NCBI GenBank assembly: GCA_031370785.1
Contig: JANMQY010000058.1
Coordinates: 32,001-96,000, forward strand
Direction: 5' to 3'
From: Candidatus Eiseniibacteriota bacterium
GTDB lineage: Bacteria; Eisenbacteria; RBG-16-71-46
DNA length: 64,000 bases
Part shown: positions 36,974 to 45,138 of the stretch, in pieces
How positions within the stretch are numbered: the stretch's first letter is position 1
Layout: each line of letters starts with the position of its first letter
The notes under the pieces: model-generated
The model's input: only the letters and a program-made list of their open reading frames with translations
The model's database searches: none
Told to the model about the DNA's origin: nothing
Made by a program: the position numbers and the translations under genes

Positions 36974-38047
36974 TCAGGGCTTCGCGGGGGGTTTCCTGGG
37001 TCGCCGAACCCTCTGAGAAGCGGCGGGTTCCGCGCATGCGAGGCAGGCGGCCGCAAGCGTCGGCCCGGTTCTTTCATTGCCTCGGATGTTTGAGGCCCGG
37101 CTGCCGGGATCCGGCTCGCTGAGCTCCTTTGCGCACCGCTCACGGTGTGCCGCCGATGTGATGTGATCGATGGGTGGGAGGCGCCGCCCGATCGCGTGCA
37201 GACGCACGAGATCGCGGGCCAGCTCCGCCCAGGTCACCCTTTCCGAAGCGCGGGTCCGGTCTCTGGCGGGGAGGATCGAAGCTTCGACCAGCAGGTCGTG
37301 GAGCGAGTCGGGATCCGAGGGCACGGGATTGACGTCGTGGCGCGCGGCATGCGCCAGCAGCCGCCACCACGCCCTGTGCTCGAGAGGTGCATCGGCAGGC
37401 GCGTTGGCGTCCACCAACCCGCCGAGCTCGGCCCATTCCAGATAGGGCGCGGCCCATTTCGGCGCGTCGTGCGCGGTGGGAAGTCTCAGTGCCACGAACG
37501 CGAGCGGATCGACGACGCTGGCATTCTCCCAGCGCGCCGATGGATCCTGCGGGCGGCGCACCTCGAAGTGGAGATGGTTCGTCGTCGCGCGCCCGGTCCG
37601 TCCGACCCTGCCCAGCGTCCGTCCGGCTCCCACCATCTGTCCCTCGCGCACCACGACCGAGCTGTCGCGCAGGTGCGCGTAAACCGTGAACACCAGCGTG
37701 CCATCCACGAGCCGATGCGCGAGCACGACGTGGCGTCCGTAGCCGGATTGCCATCCGACATGCAGGACGATTCCGTTCGCCGCCGCGCGCACCCGATCTC
37801 CGCGGGAACGGTTCCCGAGGTCGGCGCCCTGATGAGAGACGCTGCCGTTCTCACGCCGCTCGACCGAGCGCAGCACCGTGAAGCCGCGACCGTCGCCGGG
37901 CGTGGCGCGGCTCAGGTCGTGGGGGTCGCCGACCGGATAGAGCCAGGCGCCTGCCCAGCTCCAGCGTGACGCCAGCGTCGAGCCGACATCGAGCACGCCT
38001 CCCAGCCGGACCGTCGCGGCGTGTGCCTGCGCCGCGACGGCCAGCAT
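36974..38047 (-). CDS. M23 family metallopeptidase with a C-terminal SLH-like region
   Basis: HQGAD (HxxxD), GYG, YAHL and HLHFEVR motifs. The start may lie upstream (CTG at 38107), which would give a fuller signal peptide. Confidence 0.85.
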   Translation of the reverse strand: MLAVAAQAHAATVRLGGVLDVGSTLASRWSWAGAWLYPVGDPHDLSRATPGDGRGFTVLRSVERRENGSVSHQGADLGNRSRGDRVRAAANGIVLHVGWQSGYGRHVVLAHRLVDGTLVFTVYAHLRDSSVVVREGQMVGAGRTLGRVGRTGRATTNHLHFEVRRPQDPSARWENASVVDPLAFVALRLPTAHDAPKWAAPYLEWAELGGLVDANAPADAPLEHRAWWRLLAHAARHDVNPVPSDPDSLHDLLVEASILPARDRTRASERVTWAELARDLVRLHAIGRRLPPIDHITSAAHRERCAKELSEPDPGSRASNIRGNERTGPTLAAACLACAEPAASQRVRRPRKPPAKP

Positions 38048-38103
38048 GAATCCAAAGAGCGCCGTGCGCGCGAGACGCCGCGCGGCACGGCCCGCGGTCC
38101 GGC

Positions 38104-40932
38104 TCAGCGAAGCACCACCACGCGCGACGCCGACCCGCGCTCGCCACGCAGGCGAGCGAAATAGACTCCGCTCGCCCAGTCGCGCGTGGCGGCCGGGTCG
38201 AGATGGGCACGGCGAACGGCGCCGGTGGCCGCGAACTCGAGTTCGGCGACCCGCCGCCCCGCGATGTCGAACAGCTCGAGCGGAGGCGCGATCGCATCGG
38301 GGGGTCCGCTCCACCACGCCTCGAGACCGTGTCCCGCGCGCAGCGGGTTCGGACCGAGCGCGATGCGCACAGCTCCCGGAAGGGAAGGCGCAACCGCGGT
38401 CGGCGGCGCGGGGTCGAGTCGGCGGTCGCGCGTCATGAATCGAGGGGTCACGCCGTCGTATTGCGTGTAGAGCACGCTGAGGTTGCCGGGCGAGAACGCG
38501 ATGATATGAGGATTGGAGGCGTTGCCGTCGCTCGAGGCGCTCACCTCGGTGCTGCGCACATCCCAACCGTGCTCGGCAGTCCATCGCCGGTAGCGCACCT
38601 GCTGCGCCCCATTCACCGTCGATTCGAACACCACGTGAATGGCGCTGCCTCGATCGATCGCCAGCTCCGGGTTGAGCAGATTCGAGCCCTGAGCCTCGAG
38701 CAGCGTGTCGCGCAACCAGGTGAAGGTCGTGAAGTCCCGGCGCTGGTAGTGCAGCTGGTTGATGCCGGGAGCGCTCATCCGCCAGACGCTGTGGAGCACG
38801 TGGTGCGTATCCACCACCGCGCAGACCCCGGTGAGCGCGTACTGCGCCTGCGGGGCCAGTCGCAGCGCCGCACTCATGCCCGAGTCGGGACTGAAGCGCG
38901 CGAACGAGAGCGACTGCGGAACCGCGGCGCGGTCGGACCACAGCACGTAGGCGCGACCGTCGCGATCCACCGCGAGCGCCGGCGAATCGGGATCGGCGGC
39001 GGGCGTGGAGACCGCGAGCGGGATTCCGAAAGGAGAGGAATAGGTGAAGCGCATGAACATCACCTGCCCGCGATCGTTCACGAGATTGATCCAGGTGAGG
39101 TAGATCATCCCCCGGCCGTCGGTGCCCAGCGCGGGACGGAAACCCGCGACCGGCGGATCGACGAGAAGCTGCTCGTCGGTCCACGCGCCGTGAATGCGCG
39201 AGCGATAGTAGATCTGCGACCTGCCGCTGCGGGTGTCGCGCCACGCGACGGCCAGGTCGTTCCCGGAGAGCGCGATCAGCGTCGCCTCGGAGGCGTCGCG
39301 CGTCGAATGCGAGAGCTGAAGCGGCGTGCCCCAGCCGCCAGGACCCCGCGAGTGGAGCATGATCTGGGTGCTGGCGCCTCGTCTCTCGGTGAGCACGGTG
39401 TACAGCGTGCCGCTCGCGTCGGCGACCGCGGTCGAGGCGGGACCCGAAGAGAACACCGGCTGAAACGCGGAGTCGGTGTGATCCTCGGGCGCGGACCAGC
39501 CCGGAGCGCGCACCTGCGCCGTGAATCTCGAGTCGCTACCGACCGAGGCGACGTCGCGAATCGCCAGGTTGGTGACGGCGCCGGCGAAAGTGCGCATCCA
39601 CGGCGCCGTGTCGTCGTCGATCAGCGTGCGATTGGTGGCGCCGGGCAGCGGATCGTTCGCGTCGCCGCGATTCCGTCCCAGCATCAGATCGGAATCCCCG
39701 TCGCCCTCGAGCAGGGTCAGTCCCGGGGTGATCCCGGCGTTGATCCGGTTCGAGGGCAACAGCGAGCCGATCTGCGCGTCGTCGACGTGATAGACCAGCA
39801 GCCCCTCGCCCGGGATGTAGCGATCGAAGTCCACGCGCCGCCGATTCTCGATCAGGAAGTGTTCCGCGTTGGGCTCGCCCTGAAACCACATGTCCACGAC
39901 CGGCGCGCCGGTCTCGACCGGGCCGAGCAGGATCGAGGTGTCGTCACTCGGGCGAACCGCGGTGACCCAGCCAAGAAACAGGCGCGACCACGCATCGAAG
40001 CCGGCCGGAGTCTCGGGGGTGAGGCCGTTTGCGCCGTAACCGCCCGTGGACATCAACGACCAGTTGCCGGGTCCGGTGTTGGTCGTGCCGCTGGTGAAGC
40101 CCGAGGTGTCGTAGAGGTCGGGGAGTCCGAGCGCGTGTCCGAACTCGTGACAGTAGACGCCGATCTCCGCGCGCCGGCCGGGGATCAGCGCCGAGAGCTC
40201 GGGAAGGGTCGAGAAGCGATCCACCCGCATGAACTGCGAGGCCGATCCCGGCACTCTCTCGTCGGTGATGAACGGCTCACCGAAGCGCCAGCCGGAGCTC
40301 ATCCGCGAGGTGATGGACCACCACTGGTCACGATCCAGATTGGCCTCGCCGGCGACCCCGGCATGAATCACCCACAGCATGTCCACGTAGCCATCGCGAT
40401 CCTGATCGAAGTCCGACCACCGGATCTGATTCGGGTTCTGAGCCTGTTGCTGCATGAGCGCGTCGCGGATGCCACCGAAGATGTTGTTCGGGGTGGTGAC
40501 CGTGCTCAGGCCCCAGCTGCTGTACCCGTAGTAGTACTTGTTGTGCGGCAGCACCACGGTCGCGACGACGTTGCCCTGCACCGTCAGGCGTCCGCGCGAA
40601 GCCCATCGGTAGTAGTCGAACACCGATCCGCCGGAGGTGGAGTGCGTGGAGTCGAACAGTGCGAATTCGAACTCCTGTGGCGTGTAGAGGAGAGCTTCGT
40701 CACTGAAGGCAATCATCAGGATCGGAACCCTCCACGTCGGCTGCGCGGCGCTGGTCGAGAGCGGATGATGCGCGGGCACGTTGAGAGCCCCGTCCGCAAA
40801 GGCGCGGGCCAGCTCGGGGGGGATGGCGCCCGAAGAGAAGGGCGCGGTCGCGTGCGCCGGGGCGGCCCACAGGACGGCAATGAAGCCGGTGGTCAACAGG
40901 CGGCGCAGCACGGCGGCTTGACTCAATGGCAA
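38104..40932 (-). CDS. M6 (immune inhibitor A-like) metalloprotease with beta-propeller repeats and a T9SS/FlgD-like C-terminal domain
   Basis: Signal peptide ending AHA; DQDRDGYVD; HEFGHALGLPDLY; WSLMS; FLIENR; CTD PNP...FDIAGRRV...SGVYFARL...VVVLR. Confidence 0.88.
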   Translation of the reverse strand: MPLSQAAVLRRLLTTGFIAVLWAAPAHATAPFSSGAIPPELARAFADGALNVPAHHPLSTSAAQPTWRVPILMIAFSDEALLYTPQEFEFALFDSTHSTSGGSVFDYYRWASRGRLTVQGNVVATVVLPHNKYYYGYSSWGLSTVTTPNNIFGGIRDALMQQQAQNPNQIRWSDFDQDRDGYVDMLWVIHAGVAGEANLDRDQWWSITSRMSSGWRFGEPFITDERVPGSASQFMRVDRFSTLPELSALIPGRRAEIGVYCHEFGHALGLPDLYDTSGFTSGTTNTGPGNWSLMSTGGYGANGLTPETPAGFDAWSRLFLGWVTAVRPSDDTSILLGPVETGAPVVDMWFQGEPNAEHFLIENRRRVDFDRYIPGEGLLVYHVDDAQIGSLLPSNRINAGITPGLTLLEGDGDSDLMLGRNRGDANDPLPGATNRTLIDDDTAPWMRTFAGAVTNLAIRDVASVGSDSRFTAQVRAPGWSAPEDHTDSAFQPVFSSGPASTAVADASGTLYTVLTERRGASTQIMLHSRGPGGWGTPLQLSHSTRDASEATLIALSGNDLAVAWRDTRSGRSQIYYRSRIHGAWTDEQLLVDPPVAGFRPALGTDGRGMIYLTWINLVNDRGQVMFMRFTYSSPFGIPLAVSTPAADPDSPALAVDRDGRAYVLWSDRAAVPQSLSFARFSPDSGMSAALRLAPQAQYALTGVCAVVDTHHVLHSVWRMSAPGINQLHYQRRDFTTFTWLRDTLLEAQGSNLLNPELAIDRGSAIHVVFESTVNGAQQVRYRRWTAEHGWDVRSTEVSASSDGNASNPHIIAFSPGNLSVLYTQYDGVTPRFMTRDRRLDPAPPTAVAPSLPGAVRIALGPNPLRAGHGLEAWWSGPPDAIAPPLELFDIAGRRVAELEFAATGAVRRAHLDPAATRDWASGVYFARLRGERGSASRVVVLR

Positions 40933-41043
40933 CAGACGGGCTCCTGGTCAGGTCGGAGAGCCCCGATCACGACACCCAATAGGACACGCGCAACGCCGGC
41001 CCGGTCAAGCACTTTGTGCCGCGCGCTCCGCCGGGCTCGACGC

Positions 41044-41073
41044 TGGCCGGCGCTCGGCTGCGTATGCTAGCGT
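41044..41073 (+). promoter_or_regulatory. Putative sigma70-type promoter (extended -10)
   Basis: TGGCCG-N18-TAGCGT with TGC immediately before the -10. Confidence 0.35.
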
Positions 41074-41082
41074 GCGCACAAC

Positions 41083-42345
41083 GTGCTGAGCGCCGGCGTC
41101 CAATCGCGATCGTTACTCCTTCTGCTGATGACCGTAGGGCTGGTGGCCGCTTCGACGGTCCGCGCGCTCGACCTGCCTCCGCTACGCTCGGACAGCCCAC
41201 CGTATTTCACCGCCGACGTCGCGATCGCGCTGGATCGCGACGGGCATCCTGCGCTCGGCGTCACCGTGACCATTCCTTATACCGAGATGCAATGGATCCG
41301 CCGCCCCAACGGCTTCGGCGCAGCCATCCAGATCACGGTGGTGTTCGAGCCGCGCGGCGCCGGCCGAATCTACGGTGACGTCTGGCAACGCCGGATCGTG
41401 GTCGCGGGCTTCGAGGAGGCGCACTCGCCGGGCTCGAGCCTGGTCGAGAAGCGCACCTTCGACGTGCCACCGGGGCGCTATCAGGTGCGCGTCGGCATTC
41501 GCGATCTGGATGCCGATCAATCCTCGATGGCGCGCGATGCGATCGTGGTGCCGGACTATTCGCGGGTTCCGGTCGGATTCGCGGATCTGGAGCTGGGCGT
41601 AGTCGACTCCACCGGAAATTTCGAAAGCGTTCCGACGCGCCGCTTCGGCCTCAACGCCTCTCACCTCGCCTCGCGCGTCGCGCTGTTCGATCGCCGGCCG
41701 GGCCCGTGGCCGCGCGCCTATGCATTCCAGTACCGGATTCGCGATGAGCGGGGCGAAGAAGTGGCAAGCGGCGTGCAACGCGTCGAAGTTCCCCAGTCCG
41801 CCGAGCCGGTGATCGTGCGCTCCGGCGCCTCCGAGCTGTTCGTCGGCAACTACGTCTTCGAGGTGGTGCTGAACGAGGGCAAGTCGCGCTGGCGCGTGGA
41901 GCGCTCGTTCGAAGTGGAGGAGAGCGGGCCGCCACGCGGGAAGGAGTTCGAGCGCATTCTCGAGCCGCTCTCGTATATCGCGCCCTCGAGCGAGATCGAG
42001 TACCTGCGCTCGCTCCCGTCGGACCAGCAGGCGTCCGGGTGGCAGGAGTTCTGGCGCCGGCGCGATCCCACGCCCGACACCCCGCGCAACGAGGCGATGC
42101 TCGAGTTCTTCCGGAGGCTGCGCTACACCGAGCAGCACTTCCAGGGCTTCGGGCCGGGCTGGAGGTCGGACATGGGTCGGATCTACATCAAGTTCGGACC
42201 GCCGGACCAGATCGAAACCCGTCCCGGGAATTCGCAGATGCCCAACATCGAGATCTGGTTCTACAACCAGCCGTATCGGCGCTTCGTGTTCGTCGATCGC
42301 GAGGGCTTCGGGCGCTACACGCTGCAATCCTCGAGCGGGGAGTGA
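41083..42345 (+). CDS. GWxTD domain-containing exported protein
   Basis: Signal-like N-terminus; FWRRRDPTP.TPRNE..EFFRR, GWRSDMGRIYIKFGPPD, EIWFY and FVFVD. Confidence 0.85.
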   Translation: MLSAGVQSRSLLLLLMTVGLVAASTVRALDLPPLRSDSPPYFTADVAIALDRDGHPALGVTVTIPYTEMQWIRRPNGFGAAIQITVVFEPRGAGRIYGDVWQRRIVVAGFEEAHSPGSSLVEKRTFDVPPGRYQVRVGIRDLDADQSSMARDAIVVPDYSRVPVGFADLELGVVDSTGNFESVPTRRFGLNASHLASRVALFDRRPGPWPRAYAFQYRIRDERGEEVASGVQRVEVPQSAEPVIVRSGASELFVGNYVFEVVLNEGKSRWRVERSFEVEESGPPRGKEFERILEPLSYIAPSSEIEYLRSLPSDQQASGWQEFWRRRDPTPDTPRNEAMLEFFRRLRYTEQHFQGFGPGWRSDMGRIYIKFGPPDQIETRPGNSQMPNIEIWFYNQPYRRFVFVDREGFGRYTLQSSSGE

Positions 42346-43154
42346 GTCGCGTGACCGCGACTCACGCGGTCGTGAGCCTTGCCGCGCTCGACCTGCGCCG
42401 CCACCCGGATCACGCGAGCGAGATGCGCAGCCAGCTGCTGCTGGGCGAAGTGGTGCGGCTGCTGCGCCCCTCGGGCGACAGGCTCTGGTGGCAGGTCGAG
42501 AACGACTCCGATGGATACCGCGGCTGGGTTCGCAGCTGGGGCCTGATTCTCGCAGCGCGCGGGCGCGCCAGAGGGTGGGAACGAAAGGCGCGCGCGCGCG
42601 TGGTCGAACCTCTGCTCGAAGCGAGAGCGGTGCCCGGCGGAGATCTGAGCATCGGTCCCCTGTTCTGGAACGCCAGGGTCATCGCGGGGCCAAAGCGCGG
42701 AGGTCTGCGCCGCGTCGAGCTCCCGGATGGGCGCCGGGGCTGGGTTCGCAGCACTGGCCTCGGCGCGATCGGAAGACCCGATCGGCCGCTGATCGCCCGG
42801 GTGCGCGGACTGCTGGGTGCGCCCTACCTGTGGGGCGGCCGCACTCCCGCCGGATTCGACTGCTCGGGGTTCGTTCAACAGGCCCTGGGCGAGCAGAACG
42901 TGGTTCTGCCCCGCGACGCGCAGCAGCAGTTCCGGGCGTGCCGCAAAGTTGGAAAGGAAGAGCCGGCATGCGAAGGCGACCTCGTGTTCTTCGGGCTCGA
43001 GGGAAAGCCCGCCGCCCACGTGGGTATCCTGCTCGGCGCGGGGTACTTCGCTCATGCTCGCGGCACCGTTCGGATCAACTCGATCGTTCCCGGCAATCCC
43101 CTCTACGACAGGTCGTTGATGGTCCAGTATCGCGGCATCCGGCGACCTAGATGA
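42342..43154 (+). CDS. SH3b + NlpC/P60 peptidase (YkfC-like gamma-D-Glu-diamino acid peptidase)
   Basis: SQLLLGE and DGYRGWV (SH3); PYLWGG, DCSGF, HVGI and AHA catalytic residues; no signal peptide. Confidence 0.88.
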   Translation: MSRVTATHAVVSLAALDLRRHPDHASEMRSQLLLGEVVRLLRPSGDRLWWQVENDSDGYRGWVRSWGLILAARGRARGWERKARARVVEPLLEARAVPGGDLSIGPLFWNARVIAGPKRGGLRRVELPDGRRGWVRSTGLGAIGRPDRPLIARVRGLLGAPYLWGGRTPAGFDCSGFVQQALGEQNVVLPRDAQQQFRACRKVGKEEPACEGDLVFFGLEGKPAAHVGILLGAGYFAHARGTVRINSIVPGNPLYDRSLMVQYRGIRRPR

Positions 43155-43183
43155 CCTGCCGGTCGGTAATCCTGAAATAAACG

Positions 43184-43213
43184 TTGACAAGATTTCCGGA
43201 ACTTCTCTAGTTT
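43184..43213 (+). promoter_or_regulatory. Sigma70-type promoter
   Basis: TTGACA-N18-TAGTTT with an AT-rich upstream element. Confidence 0.6.
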
Positions 43214-43452
43214 CCCACTCGGACGTTCGCCAGGATCCTTCCACGGCGGGAGGTGTGGTCCTGGCTTTTCCTTACGTGCTCCATCCCATGGAAGCGATGG
43301 AGCCTTTTGCATGCCTACTAACAGATGATCAAAAAACAGATGTGAAAGGAGGTGGCGGACTCGACACAAATCGCGCTGTAGACGGTCACGTTCGTGACTT
43401 GGTACTGCATCGCATTGATTCTCTCGACTTAACTGCCAAGGAGGCATTTCAG

Positions 43453-44748
43453 ATGCACTCTCGCTGGATCCTGAGAAGTTTCGTCCTCGCCGCAGCGCTC
43501 ATGCTGACGCTCCCGGTCGTGGCTTCGGCCCAGACCTCGCGCGTCGAAGGCATGGCGCTCCAGGGCGACTACATCAAGGATTACACTGGGATTTACACGT
43601 ACCCGTCGTGCCTGCCGATCGTCGGCAATCTGGTCTACGCCGAACTCGGCAACAACCTGTTCGACCCCGCCACGGGCCATCCGATCACCCAGGATCGTTC
43701 GCTGGGCGTGGTGATGGACAAGCTGTTCGATGGCAAGCTGGGCGTGTGGGGAATCCATCTGCGTCAGGAGACTCCGCAACTGGGTCAGGGTGATGCGTTC
43801 TCGCACACCGGCGCCGGTTTCGGTCAGGACCCGAACTCGAATACCAACGAGTCGTTCGACCTGATGTGGGGCAAGAAGGCGGGTGGCACGAGCATCGGGC
43901 TGCGGCTCAACCGCTCATTCAGCAAGTTCGAAGGCACCATCCCGGGTGCCACGACCACGCTCGAGTTCGACTTCCCGGGCGCGGCCTTCAATGGCACTCC
44001 GAACCTCGCTCGCAACATCCTCGGCTTCGGCGCCGGCGTTGGATTCGAATTGAACTCCAACTCCAGCATGGAGCTGTCGGTGCTGTACCAGACCCGGACC
44101 TACGAGAACACGACCGCACCGCCGACCACCGGAACGCAGGATGACGGCGGCGCCACGTACATGTTCGCCGCCCGCATGTTCTGGGGATGGCAGCCGAACG
44201 TGATGGTCGTGCCAGTGTTCAAGTGGTACTCCTTTGACCTCTCCGAGAAGACGGTCGGCGGTGTGCCGACGACGTTCGACAACTCGCTCAAGGGCTGGCA
44301 GCTCGGTGTCGCGGGCAACTGGACGCTCGGCACCAACGATCTGCTCGTCCTCGGCGTGACGTTCGCTCAGAACAAGATCGAGGAAGAGGAAGATCTGTTC
44401 GGATTGAGCGCCGCGGCCGGCATGAGTCCGCAGATCAATGCCACCGAGACCCTGATGCCTCAGGTGTTCGGAGCGCTCGAGACCCACGTGAACCACTGGC
44501 TCACTCTGCGGGTCGGTGCGAACAAGGGCGCCTTCCAGAAGATCAAGCTCGAGGACCAGGGCGCTCCGAACGCAACCCAGACGTTCTCGTTCTCCTCGTT
44601 CAACATGAACATCGGCGCGGGTGTGAAGCTCGGAACGATCCAGCTGGATGCGATCCTGAGCAACGACTTCCCGCAGAACATGGGCTGGATCGGCAGCGGT
44701 ATTGCGAAGCCCTATTTCCCGAAGGTCACTGCGACCTACGCGTTCTAG
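43453..44748 (+). CDS. Outer-membrane beta-barrel protein, porin-like, function unknown
   Basis: AAGGAGG RBS; signal peptide ending ASA-Q; amphipathic beta strands; C-terminal beta-signal VTATYAF. Confidence 0.8.
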   Translation: MHSRWILRSFVLAAALMLTLPVVASAQTSRVEGMALQGDYIKDYTGIYTYPSCLPIVGNLVYAELGNNLFDPATGHPITQDRSLGVVMDKLFDGKLGVWGIHLRQETPQLGQGDAFSHTGAGFGQDPNSNTNESFDLMWGKKAGGTSIGLRLNRSFSKFEGTIPGATTTLEFDFPGAAFNGTPNLARNILGFGAGVGFELNSNSSMELSVLYQTRTYENTTAPPTTGTQDDGGATYMFAARMFWGWQPNVMVVPVFKWYSFDLSEKTVGGVPTTFDNSLKGWQLGVAGNWTLGTNDLLVLGVTFAQNKIEEEEDLFGLSAAAGMSPQINATETLMPQVFGALETHVNHWLTLRVGANKGAFQKIKLEDQGAPNATQTFSFSSFNMNIGAGVKLGTIQLDAILSNDFPQNMGWIGSGIAKPYFPKVTATYAF

Positions 44749-44773
44749 GACCGCTCGTCCTGCCGGACTTGCA

Positions 44774-44808
44774 AGCGGGGGCGCCTCATGGCGCCCCCGC
44801 TGTGTTTG
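44774..44808 (+). terminator. Intrinsic terminator
   Basis: 12-bp stem AGCGGGGGCGCC-TCAT-GGCGCCCCCGCT followed by GTGTTTG. Confidence 0.7.
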
Positions 44809-44887
44809 TGCCCGGAAATTCAGGGGAGGCGCGCGATTCCGGGATCCCGCCAGTACGTCGGGCGAGAATGCCCGCGCACGAATCCGT

Positions 44888-44917
44888 TTGACAGTCGCGG
44901 CCGGAACGTCCTACTTT
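44888..44917 (+). promoter_or_regulatory. Sigma70-type promoter of the TBDR-CTD-PorV operon
   Basis: TTGACA-N18-TACTTT. Confidence 0.6.
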
Positions 44918-45138
44918 TCAATGCGTTCACAGGAAGTTCCAAGGATTTTGGTACCACGCTACACGCCAGCGGATGGCGTCTCCCCAGACGCCCCGGCAGC
45001 CATGAACGAGGCGCCCATGTGATTTGAACACCGGCTGTTTGGCCCCCTGTTGCAATGATCCCCCTTTCAAACGGTACGGTTGACGGCTTGGGAAATGCCC
45101 CTCACCGCAACCACCTCGCCTCTGAAAGGAGTTGCGTC

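Noticed and set aside
45039..45054. Possible sigma54 site TTGGCCCCCTGTTGCA before the TBDR
   Set aside because: GG-to-GC spacing is 9 nt, not the required 10.
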